A DNA stretch of 64,000 bases, taken from Thermoplasmata archaeon. GTDB taxonomy: Archaea; Thermoplasmatota; Thermoplasmata; Lutacidiplasmatales; UBA184. The stretch lies in the NCBI GenBank assembly GCA_021798195.1, contig JAJZYH010000001.1, positions 4,351 to 68,350 on the forward strand. Direction: 5' to 3'. Made by a program: the position numbers and the translations under genes. Positions within the stretch are counted from its first letter, which is position 1. Each line of letters opens with the position of its first letter. Below, piece after piece: positions 8,849 to 17,428 of the stretch. The notes under the pieces were generated by a model. It worked only from the letters and a program-made list of their open reading frames with translations, made no database searches and was not told the origin of the DNA.

Positions 8849-10654
8849 TCAGGCGGAGGGGAGATGGCGGTCGAAGAACTCCACGAGGCGCTGGAACGCG
8901 TCCTCCTGGTTCTTCCGACGCACGATCCCATGCCCCTCATCTTCGTAGATGACGAGCTCCACCGGTATTCCCTGCTCCTGGAGGACCCGGGCGAGCGCTT
9001 CCGCCTCGGAGACGGGGACCCGAGGGTCGTTGCGCCCGTGGAGGACGAGGAGGGGGCTCCGGATGCGGCGGGCGTGGGTGAGCGGCGAGATCTCCCGGAG
9101 CATCTCCCGATCGGTGGCGAGGCTCCCGTACTCCACCTCCCGGATGTGACGGCGCCAGGGGCTCGTGTTCTCCAGGAAGGTCACCAGGTCCGCGATGCCC
9201 ACCACGTCCACCGCGGCCTGGAAGAGCTCGGGGTCCCGGGTGATGCTGGCGAGGGTGAGGTACCCGCCGTAGCTCGCCCCGTAGACGCCCCAGGGCCCCC
9301 CGGTTCCCTTGTCCCGGCGGCGGATCGCTTCCACCACCTCCCGCACGTCGCGGGCCGCCCCGGGGCGGAGCGCCCCGTCGTCGAGGTGCAGATAGGTCTT
9401 CCCGTACCCCCGGCTCCCTCGGACATTGGGCTCGATGATCCGAAAGCCTTCCTCGAGGAGAATGGATCGGAGGCGGTCGAAGGCCGGACGGGCCTGCGAC
9501 TCGGGCCCCCCGTGGAGCTCCACCAGGGTCCCGCGCATGGGCCGCCCCACGGGCCGGTACTCCCACCACGGGATCGTGGTCCCGTCGGAGGCCTTCATCT
9601 CGCCGCGCTTGGGAGGGAGGATGCGGGAGGGAGGCTCCCGGGACGTTCCCATGAGCCGGCGCTCCTTCCCGGACTCCACAGAACGCAGGTAGATCTCGTG
9701 CCCGTCGGTGGCCGAGGAGATGGCGAACGCGAAGGAGCTCCCGTCCGGGAACCATTGAAGTTCGGTCACCACGCCCCGGGGGCCCGAGGTGAAGGTCCGG
9801 TCCTCCCCGGTGTCGGGATCCACGAGATGGGTCTCGCTCCAGCCGTCCCGGTTCACCACCACCGCGAGACGCCCCTCCTTGGGATCGGCCCGGACCATCT
9901 CCACGTCCCCCGGATAGGCGCGGAGGATCTCGGGGCCGGCCCGTCCCGGCCGGTACCGGACGAGGGCCTGGAACTCCCGATGGGGGTTCGCCGCGGCGTA
10001 CACCTCCCCCCGGCGCAGGGCGGCATCGTTCACGCCCTCCTCTTCGTCGTGGGGGTTGAGATGGAGGATCCGTTCCCCCTGGATGAGGTAAAGGTCCTGG
10101 TCCAGGTTGCTCCGGGAAGCCAGTACCAGGACGGAATCCGCATCGGCATCGACCACCTGGTTCCATCCGTCGTTGGCGAAGAGAGTCCGCGGAGGGTCCC
10201 TCCGGTCCACGTCGAGCTCCACGACGTCGAAGTACCGCGGATCCCGCATCGTCGAGGAGAAGGCGTAGCGTGTTCCGTCCCTCCATCGACCGGGGAGGTT
10301 CTTCGTGCGGGGCACACCGGGAAGGGGCGGGGGATCCCCATCCCCCGGGGAGCCCTCCCGGGCGAGGTCCACGAGGTGGAAGGTCCAGTTTTCGTCCCCA
10401 CCCCGGTCCAGCGCGAGGAGGGCACGGGTCCCCTCGGGGGCGGCCTGGACCGCGCCGGTCCGCTGGAGCGTACCGACCAGGGGGATCACCCGCGGGGAAC
10501 CGGGGCGCACCCCGTAGGCCCGCGGGATCCCGTCCCGGTTGGAGAGGAAGAGAACCCACCGGGCATCCGACGAGATCGACGGCGCGTCATCAAAGGGGAA
10601 CGCGAGCCAGCGCCGGATGCGCTCCGTCCGGGAAGGTTCCTTGGTGGGCTCCAT
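8849..10654 (-). CDS. S9 family serine peptidase (prolyl oligopeptidase/acylaminoacyl-peptidase-like) with N-terminal beta-propeller
   Basis: C-terminal alpha/beta-hydrolase with GASYGGY (nucleophile Ser), later D and H. N-terminal TolB/WD40-like repeats. 601 aa. Confidence 0.9.
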   Translation of the reverse strand: MEPTKEPSRTERIRRWLAFPFDDAPSISSDARWVLFLSNRDGIPRAYGVRPGSPRVIPLVGTLQRTGAVQAAPEGTRALLALDRGGDENWTFHLVDLAREGSPGDGDPPPLPGVPRTKNLPGRWRDGTRYAFSSTMRDPRYFDVVELDVDRRDPPRTLFANDGWNQVVDADADSVLVLASRSNLDQDLYLIQGERILHLNPHDEEEGVNDAALRRGEVYAAANPHREFQALVRYRPGRAGPEILRAYPGDVEMVRADPKEGRLAVVVNRDGWSETHLVDPDTGEDRTFTSGPRGVVTELQWFPDGSSFAFAISSATDGHEIYLRSVESGKERRLMGTSREPPSRILPPKRGEMKASDGTTIPWWEYRPVGRPMRGTLVELHGGPESQARPAFDRLRSILLEEGFRIIEPNVRGSRGYGKTYLHLDDGALRPGAARDVREVVEAIRRRDKGTGGPWGVYGASYGGYLTLASITRDPELFQAAVDVVGIADLVTFLENTSPWRRHIREVEYGSLATDREMLREISPLTHARRIRSPLLVLHGRNDPRVPVSEAEALARVLQEQGIPVELVIYEDEGHGIVRRKNQEDAFQRLVEFFDRHLPSA

Positions 10655-10724
10655 TCCCCCTTCCTGCGCCCCCCGAGGGCACCACGGGTCTGATATGCAT
10701 TTGGGCCGACCCCGGGCGGACGCC

Positions 10725-11801
10725 TCAGGAGGTGGGCGCGGGTGGCTCCGCCCGGGCGGGCGGCGCAGTGGCCGCCATGGCCTGCGTGCTCACCGAGTGG
10801 TTGATGGCGATCTCCGCGAGGTCGCTGGCGTAGAGCCCCGTCCGTTCGAGGCTCTCCAGGACGTACGCGAGGGCCACGGCGACGCGACCGGGGCGGGCAA
10901 GGAACTCGTCGAGGAGCTTCCGGCGCTGGGCCACGAGACGCTCCATGGCGTCGAGGACCTCGTTGGCCCGCTGGGTATCCCCCGAGTAGAGGGTGTCCAC
11001 CGCCGCCCGGAGGCCCTCGAGGGCGCTCGCGGAGAGGCGCGAGAACTCCGCGAGGGAATCCGGCGGGAGCTTGGACCCCTTGGTGAGCTCGGTCACCTCG
11101 GCGATGCGCACCGCGTGGTCCGCGATCCGCTCCAGGACGCGGGAGGCCAGGAGGAAGGTGGCGCACTCCGGGAAGGTGAGCCCCAGCGCGGTGAGGGCGC
11201 GCTGGTCCCGGAGCGCGGTGGTCACCTGCTTCTGGACGAACCAGTGGAGCCGGTCCACCTCCCAGTCCCTCTCCCGCACGTCCTCGGCGATGGCCATGTC
11301 CTGGTGCAGGAAGGCCGCCATGGCATCGGTCTGCATGGTCTCCACCATGTGATGCATGCGCCGGACCACCGAGGTGAGCGGGAGTGGATTGGCGCCCACC
11401 ACGTCCTGGAGGATCACGGCGTCCCCCGATTCCTCCAGGATCTCGGGCCCGATGACGCGCTGGGCGAACTCCCGGATCACCTCCCGCGTCCGGGCGCTCA
11501 TGCGCCCGTTGGTCCGGATCTCGAGGAGGGGACCCCCGGCGATGTACTCCGCCACGAGCTGCCGGAAGAGGTGGTCCTTGGGGAGGGAGTTGGTGACGGT
11601 CACCACGCGCCGATGCCGCTCGGATCGGGGCGTCTCCTCCGTGTAGATGGTGAGAGATCCATCCGCCCCGGGGGAGAACAGGAGGAGGTCGCCGGCCCGG
11701 AGCCCTCGCGACGTGGCCCACGTCTTGGGCAGCGAGACGATGAACGTGCTGCCGCCTGTGCGCTGGATCCTCCGACCCTCGAAGCCCCCCTGCGTCCGCA
11801 T
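10725..11801 (-). CDS. Phosphate-uptake-regulator-like protein (N-terminal AbrB/SpoVT swapped-hairpin domain + tandem PhoU domains)
   Basis: N-terminal IVSLPKTWATSRGLRAGDLLLF, then two PhoU-like helical repeats (ERIADHAVRIAE). Confidence 0.8.
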   Translation of the reverse strand: MRTQGGFEGRRIQRTGGSTFIVSLPKTWATSRGLRAGDLLLFSPGADGSLTIYTEETPRSERHRRVVTVTNSLPKDHLFRQLVAEYIAGGPLLEIRTNGRMSARTREVIREFAQRVIGPEILEESGDAVILQDVVGANPLPLTSVVRRMHHMVETMQTDAMAAFLHQDMAIAEDVRERDWEVDRLHWFVQKQVTTALRDQRALTALGLTFPECATFLLASRVLERIADHAVRIAEVTELTKGSKLPPDSLAEFSRLSASALEGLRAAVDTLYSGDTQRANEVLDAMERLVAQRRKLLDEFLARPGRVAVALAYVLESLERTGLYASDLAEIAINHSVSTQAMAATAPPARAEPPAPTS

Positions 11802-12008
11802 AGGACCCCATATTCATGGGGCCACCTATATAGCCACCCGGGGCAACAATGTAGGGGGCGCTCCGGCGGGGGGGAAAGCGTCTCCCACCCAACGGGTCGG
11901 GCGCCGCGAGGGAGTTCCCGAAGTGTGCTCCTCACTGGCTGACGGTGCCCTTCCCCGGGCGGATCGCCCACTGGACTCCCCGGGGCGAATGTAAGCTCGG
12001 GCAGGCGA

Positions 12009-13625
12009 TCAAAGGGTGGGATCCTCCTCGTCCGGGGGGGCGTCCTCCCTGCGAGGGCGCCGGTGAGGCTCCTCCTCGTCCTCCTCCGGAGCCGATGCCT
12101 CTTCGCCCCCTGGCGCGTCCCGCCGGGTTCCGTTGGGGTGGAGAAGGCCGCTCCGTTCCGGATCCCCCCGGTGGGGGGGCCCCGTCACGCTCCGTGGAAG
12201 CGGATGGGGGGCATCGGGATCCTCGTCTTCCTTCCCCTCCAGGGATCTCAGAGGGATGCGGTGCAACCGTGGGAGGTCCTCCTCCTCCTCGCTCTCCCAG
12301 GGCGCTGGCGCCCCACGACCGGGAGGGACGGAGCGGTTCTCCCCCTTCCGGTGGGAGGCGACCGCCGAGGTCTCCTCCTCAGGACCCGGCTTCGTCCGGC
12401 GGCGGAGCCACCGCGAGCCGGCGGAGGGTCCCTTCCGCCCGCGCCCGCCCTTCTCCGGGTGCGGATGCGCCTTGCCCTCCGGACTTGCCGAGGGAGGAGC
12501 GGGGTCCCAGGGAACTGGCATCCCCTGGCGGCGGGGGTCCGAGGAGCGCTCCCGGACGTAAAGCCCCGCCATGAGGACGAGGAGGGCGGCCAGGGTGAGG
12601 AGCGTCAGCCAGAGCCAGACCGGTGCCGGACCCACCACGAATTGGTACCAGGGGACCGCGGGGGACGCCGGGGACGCTGTGAGGGTGCGCAGCACGGGAG
12701 GGGAAGCGAGGACGAACCCATTGGCCCCGTGCGCCACCACCTGGAAGGAGTAGGTCCCGACGGAGGGGAGGATGAGGACCGCGGAGGACCTGTTGAGCGG
12801 GAGGGGTCCGGTGCAATGGGGCGTGTTCCCTCCCAGGTAGGTCCAGCAAGCCACCACCGAGGAAAGGTCGGGGAGCACGATGGGGCTCCAGGAGAGGGTC
12901 ACGTTGGTCCCGCTCCCGCTCACCTGGAGATCCGGCGGCTCCCAGGAAGGAGTGAAGGGAACCCACGGGCTGGTGGCGTTCCCGCCCGACATGAGCTGGA
13001 CCTCCACCGCGAACTCCACGGTGGCCAGGTCCGTCACCACCGGGCTCAATGCGCTTCGGATGCTCCCGTTGGTGGAGAGGACGTACGACACGGGATACCC
13101 GCCTCCCGGTGCGAGGACCCGCAGGAGGAACTCCTCGAAGTGGTCCACCGGGGGAAGCGTCCAGTTCAACCAGGCCTGGCCGGGGAGCGCGGGGTCCGGT
13201 GTCACCGTGAGGAGGGGAGGTACCAACGGGACCGTGTACGGGACGGGGGCCGACGTGTTGGATCCGGCCGCGGCGATCACCGTCACGGCGAGGGAAAGGT
13301 GGGAATCCAGGGAGAGGTTCTCCACCGCCCAGGAGGTTTCCGACGCGTTGGTGATGTTGGCGATGACGTGGATCGGAGCTCCATCCACGCCCATGGAGAC
13401 CTGGTACACCCCGAACCCCGGCCCCGTGAACGGGCTCCACTGGACCAGGACGGCCCCCGGGCCATCCGGGCCCACCGTGACGAACGGAGCGGGAGGGGAA
13501 GACACCGGATGTACCGCCCCCGAGGCGAACACGGCTCGCGGTGGCGCGGACCCGTGCGCGTAGAGGGCCCCCGCCGAAGGCATCAGGAAGGTCCCCACGA
13601 CGACAAACAGGAGGATCCATCGCAT
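12009..13625 (-). CDS. Surface glycoprotein-like membrane protein (signal peptide, Ig/FN3-like beta domains, many N-x-S/T sequons, C-terminal TM anchor and acidic cytoplasmic tail)
   Basis: Start at internal ATG (MRWILLFVVVGTFLMPSAGALYA, a signal peptide). Sequons NITNAS, NLS, NTS, NWT, NGS, NAT, NVT, NRS. TM VWLWLTLLTLAALLVLMAGLYV, then an E/D/P-rich tail. Confidence 0.7.
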   Translation of the reverse strand: MRWILLFVVVGTFLMPSAGALYAHGSAPPRAVFASGAVHPVSSPPAPFVTVGPDGPGAVLVQWSPFTGPGFGVYQVSMGVDGAPIHVIANITNASETSWAVENLSLDSHLSLAVTVIAAAGSNTSAPVPYTVPLVPPLLTVTPDPALPGQAWLNWTLPPVDHFEEFLLRVLAPGGGYPVSYVLSTNGSIRSALSPVVTDLATVEFAVEVQLMSGGNATSPWVPFTPSWEPPDLQVSGSGTNVTLSWSPIVLPDLSSVVACWTYLGGNTPHCTGPLPLNRSSAVLILPSVGTYSFQVVAHGANGFVLASPPVLRTLTASPASPAVPWYQFVVGPAPVWLWLTLLTLAALLVLMAGLYVRERSSDPRRQGMPVPWDPAPPSASPEGKAHPHPEKGGRGRKGPSAGSRWLRRRTKPGPEEETSAVASHRKGENRSVPPGRGAPAPWESEEEEDLPRLHRIPLRSLEGKEDEDPDAPHPLPRSVTGPPHRGDPERSGLLHPNGTRRDAPGGEEASAPEEDEEEPHRRPRREDAPPDEEDPTL

Positions 13626-13851
13626 CGCCGCGAACGCCCGGGGACGGTCCCTTTCCCCCTTCCTCCGGGTCCAGGGACAGGGGATCACGGACATCTCCCG
13701 AGAACCGGTCCTCCCTGGCTCATGAGCCTTCGGGTGGACGGGAAACCGGGGCGACGGCCCTCCGCGACCCCCCGGGAGGCCCGCCTCGCGCGTTCCCCGG
13801 GGACGGAGGCGCAACGCATATGGGCTTCCCGGGAAGAGGGAGAACGACGTC

Positions 13852-15585
13852 ATGGCCCGCTCGAAGCTGCCTCCCCCGGTGCGCTTCCGCCTGGATGGCT
13901 CCCCGACGTCGGCCCTCCCGGGGGACACGCTCCTCCAGGCCATGTCCCGCCAGGAACGGGCCCCCCTCCTCACCCGTTCCGTGAGGTATCATCGGCCCCG
14001 GGGAGCGCTCTGCGGGCTGGGCCAGTGTACCGGCTGCCTCGTCCGGGTGAACGGGGTGCCCAATGTCCGAGCCTGCCGGTACGTCCCCACCGAGGGGGAC
14101 GTGGTGTCCCGGGAGAATGCATGGCCCTCGGTGCGCTGGGACCTCTTCGCCCTCCTGGATACGCTCTTCCCCGGCCACGTGGACACCCTCCACGGGTTCC
14201 GCCGGCCCGGGTTCCTCCGCCCGCTCTACCACTCGGTGATCCGCCGCCTCGCGGGATACGGCCGGCTGCCGGATCGGGTTCCGGCCCCGCCCCATCTTCG
14301 GGAGTCCCCCCCGGACCTCGCGGAAATCTTCGACCTCCTCCTCGTGGGGGCCGGCCCCGTGGGGCAGGGCGTGATGGACGCGCTGTCCCGGGGCGATGTC
14401 CCCCCTCGAAAGGTCATCTGGGTGGGGCGCCGGCGACCGGGGGATCCCCCCGTTCCGGAGGGTAAGGGAGCCCGGGAGGGAGAGGTGATCCACCTCCCTC
14501 CCCCGGGAGCCGACGGGACCTTCTCCGCCCTGGTGACGTGGGCCTCGGGAGGGACATCCATCCTCCGGGCCCGTGGCGTGATCCTCGCGGTGGGGGGGTA
14601 CGACGGCTCTCTCGTCTTCGGACAGAACGATCGGCCCGGCATCATGACCGGGGACGGCGCTCTGGCGTCAGTGGCTCCGGAGGGGACCCCCCCCTTCCGT
14701 CGTGCGCTCCTCTTCGGGGGAGGGGAACGGAGCCGCGAGCTCCTGGAGCGCTGGGGTTCCCGGGTGCACGCGGTGGCCGCCCCCGGAAAGATCTCCCCCG
14801 CCCTCACCCGGGCCGCGAGCGACCTGGGCGTGTCGCTCTGGCCGTTCCAGCTCCTGGTGGCGGCCCGAGGGCGCCGGAGGGTGCGCCGGGCGATCCTGCG
14901 GGACCGCACCCGGGACGTGGGGACGCACCTCGACGTGGACGCGATCATCCTGAGTCACCGGAGGCTCCCCAACGTCCCGCTCCTCTTCCAGGCGGGGGCA
15001 AAGATGCGGTGGGATTCCCGCGGCTCCTTCTACCTGCCGGAGGTCGGCCCCGACCAGACCACCTCGGTGCCGGGCCTCTTTGTGGTGGGCCGCGTGGCCG
15101 GCGAGGTGAGCCCGATCCGGATCCAGGAAGGCATCCAACGGATGGTCCGGGCCATCCCGGGGACGGAGGACGTTCCGGTGTGGGACGAGGACCTTCCGAC
15201 ATCCTCCGGAGAGGTTCCCGTCCCGGACGAAGGGGAGGACGAGGAGGTGGACTGGCGCCAGTATTACCTCGAGAGCCTCGCGCTCCCTCTCCTCGGGAAG
15301 AGGATGGTCTGCCCCTGCGAGGACGTGGTCATGGAGGAGCTCGACGAGGCGGTCCACGAGGGGTTCTCGGGGATGGAGGTGGTGAAGCGGGTGACGGGGA
15401 CCGGGACCGGTCTCTGCCAGGGCCGCTACTGCCTGCCGGAGGCGCTCCTCCTCCTCTCCCTCTTCGAGGGTCGCCCCCCCGCGGAGCTGGGCTTCATCAC
15501 CCAGAGGCCACCGGTGTGGCCCACTCCCTTGGGGGATCTGGCCCAGATCCCCCCCGCACCATCGGGCCCCCCCGGAGGAGGCTGA
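13852..15585 (+). CDS. Sarcosine-oxidase-alpha-like flavoprotein subunit (N-terminal 2Fe-2S-binding domain, FAD/NAD domain, C-terminal BFD-like [2Fe-2S] domain)
   Basis: N-terminus RFRLDGSPTSALPGDTLLQA...CGLGQCTGCLVRVNG; LLLVGAGPVGQG dinucleotide-binding motif; C-terminal CPCEDVV...GTGLCQGRYC. Confidence 0.8.
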   Translation: MARSKLPPPVRFRLDGSPTSALPGDTLLQAMSRQERAPLLTRSVRYHRPRGALCGLGQCTGCLVRVNGVPNVRACRYVPTEGDVVSRENAWPSVRWDLFALLDTLFPGHVDTLHGFRRPGFLRPLYHSVIRRLAGYGRLPDRVPAPPHLRESPPDLAEIFDLLLVGAGPVGQGVMDALSRGDVPPRKVIWVGRRRPGDPPVPEGKGAREGEVIHLPPPGADGTFSALVTWASGGTSILRARGVILAVGGYDGSLVFGQNDRPGIMTGDGALASVAPEGTPPFRRALLFGGGERSRELLERWGSRVHAVAAPGKISPALTRAASDLGVSLWPFQLLVAARGRRRVRRAILRDRTRDVGTHLDVDAIILSHRRLPNVPLLFQAGAKMRWDSRGSFYLPEVGPDQTTSVPGLFVVGRVAGEVSPIRIQEGIQRMVRAIPGTEDVPVWDEDLPTSSGEVPVPDEGEDEEVDWRQYYLESLALPLLGKRMVCPCEDVVMEELDEAVHEGFSGMEVVKRVTGTGTGLCQGRYCLPEALLLLSLFEGRPPAELGFITQRPPVWPTPLGDLAQIPPAPSGPPGGG

Positions 15586-15589
15586 TCCC

Positions 15590-16765
15590 ATGGCCCCTCC
15601 GGTCCCCCGGCGGCGGGAATACGAAGTCATCATCGTGGGTGCCGGTGTGCTGGGCCTTTACACCGCGCACTACCTTTCCCAGCGGATGGACCCGGGGCGC
15701 ATCCTGATCCTGGAGAAGGGGTACCTCTCCGCGGGGGCTTCGGGGCGGAACGGGGGCGGAGTGCGGCAGCAGTGGGAGACGGTCCCCACGATCCGCCTGG
15801 CGCAGGAGTCCGTGGCCTCCTACCGCAGGTTTCCCAGGGAGTTCGGGTACAACCCCTGGTTCCGCCAGGGGGGGTACCTCTTCCTCGCGCTCGACGAGAA
15901 CGAGGAGGCGATCCTGGGGAGGACCCGCTCCGTGCTCCGCCGGGAAGGTCTCCCGGTGGAATGGCTGGAGCCCCGGGAGCTGGGCCGGCTGGTGCCGGCC
16001 CTGTCCCGGGAAGGGATCCGGGGCGGGAACTACCTACGCTCCGACGGGGTCATCTTCCCGTTCCCGGTCCTCTGGGGGCTCTACCAGGACCTCCGTCGGA
16101 GGGGGGTGGAGATCCTCCTGGGGACCGAGGCCCAGGAGATCCTTCGCTCGGGCGGGCACGTGGCGGGCGTCCGCCTGCCGCAGGGTCGCGTGGACGTCCC
16201 CACCGTGGTGAATGCGGCGGGGGGATGGTCCCGCGAGGTGAGCCTCCGGGCGGGGCTCACGGTGGTGAACCAACCCAGCCGGCACGAGATCCTGGCCACC
16301 GAACCCCTCAAGCCGTTCCTGGATCCCATGGTGGTGACCCTGCGCCGGGGGCTCTACTTCTCCCAGTCCATGCGGGGGGAGATCATCGGGGGGCTCACCC
16401 TCTCCGAGCCCGCGGGAGGGGATCACGGGATGCCCTCGAGCTCCCGCTTCCTGGGGGAGATGGCGCGGGAGCTGGTGCGCTACCTCCCCGCCCTCACGTC
16501 GGTGCGCGTGCTGCGCGCCTGGGCGGGGTTCTACGACGACACCCCGGACGGCCTCCCGGTGATGGGGGAAGACCCGCGCCTCGCCGGCTTCATCCAGGCC
16601 AACGGGTTCGGGGGGCACGGGTTCATGCTGGCTCCGGCGGCGGGGCGCCGCGTGGCGCAGATCGCCCTGGGGGAGCCCACGGACCTCGCGCCCGGGGTAT
16701 TCTCTCCGGACCGCTTCCAGACCGGCGGCCCTCCGCCGGTCCGGGAAGGGCTCCAGCTGGGATAG
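15590..16765 (+). CDS. FAD-dependent oxidoreductase, sarcosine-oxidase-beta / archaeal L-proline-dehydrogenase-beta-like
   Basis: YEVIIVGAGVLGLYTAHYL, GRNGGGV, and C-terminal ANGFGGHGFMLAPAAGRRVAQ. The TGA stop of the upstream gene overlaps its ATG (operon). Confidence 0.9.
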   Translation: MAPPVPRRREYEVIIVGAGVLGLYTAHYLSQRMDPGRILILEKGYLSAGASGRNGGGVRQQWETVPTIRLAQESVASYRRFPREFGYNPWFRQGGYLFLALDENEEAILGRTRSVLRREGLPVEWLEPRELGRLVPALSREGIRGGNYLRSDGVIFPFPVLWGLYQDLRRRGVEILLGTEAQEILRSGGHVAGVRLPQGRVDVPTVVNAAGGWSREVSLRAGLTVVNQPSRHEILATEPLKPFLDPMVVTLRRGLYFSQSMRGEIIGGLTLSEPAGGDHGMPSSSRFLGEMARELVRYLPALTSVRVLRAWAGFYDDTPDGLPVMGEDPRLAGFIQANGFGGHGFMLAPAAGRRVAQIALGEPTDLAPGVFSPDRFQTGGPPPVREGLQLG

Positions 16766-16859
16766 ACCGCTTCCGACCCTCCTGGCGATCCGGGATATGC
16801 CGGCCGCTCCATGCCACGGGGGGACCACGGGGGTCGGGTCCACTGGACCGGGGGCCCGT

Positions 16860-17387
16860 TCAATGGGGCGGTGGCGGGAGTTGAACGCGGAAGAGCATCT
16901 CGTGCCGGGCGCCCGAAGGATGGAGATGGCTCTCCATGAGGAGCACCGAACCCACCGGAGCCGAGGCGAAGGTGGTCTGGCCATGGCGCGAGAGGAGGTC
17001 CATCGCCCAGCGTTCGTCCCGAGGGCCCCGGACACGGCGCACCGTCACGTGGGGATGGAATGGCCGATCCTCCCGGGGGAATCCCAGCCCGGCGAGCGCG
17101 TCCTCCACGCGGCGCGCGAGCTGCTGGATCTCTTCGGCGCCCTGAGAAATGGCCACCCAGACGACCCGGGGTCGGCGGGAGGAGGGGAAGGCTCCCAGGC
17201 CCGCGTAGGTGACGGGGAATGCGAAGGCCCCCTGGAGGGCCCGCTCCAGGGCCCGGCCAATGTCCCCCACCCGGTCGGGAGGGACCTCCCCCAGGAACTT
17301 CAGGGTGAGGTGCCGGGGCGCTCCGGTGTCCGCGGGCAGGCCCGGGACCACGAAATCGGGGACCGGGGTCGCGATGAAGAGGCGCAT
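16860..17387 (-). CDS. thpR: RNA 2',3'-cyclic phosphodiesterase (2H phosphoesterase, ThpR/LigT family)
   Basis: MRLFIATPVP...HLTLKFLGEV...PHVTVRRV. Two H-x-T/S-x motifs; 175 aa. Confidence 0.85.
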   Translation of the reverse strand: MRLFIATPVPDFVVPGLPADTGAPRHLTLKFLGEVPPDRVGDIGRALERALQGAFAFPVTYAGLGAFPSSRRPRVVWVAISQGAEEIQQLARRVEDALAGLGFPREDRPFHPHVTVRRVRGPRDERWAMDLLSRHGQTTFASAPVGSVLLMESHLHPSGARHEMLFRVQLPPPPH

Positions 17388-17428
17388 GGTGCCCGAGGGA
17401 TCCCTTACACTCAGCGCTTCCTCGCATT

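Noticed and set aside
8393-10693. 766-aa plus-strand ORF
   Set aside because: Antisense to the S9 peptidase, which has unambiguous catalytic motifs. The composition is Pro/Gly/Arg-biased.
12063-14465. 800-aa plus-strand ORF
   Set aside because: It is Arg/Gly/Pro-rich low-complexity translation antisense to the well-supported surface glycoprotein and overlapping the SoxA-like gene. This is a typical high-GC shadow ORF.
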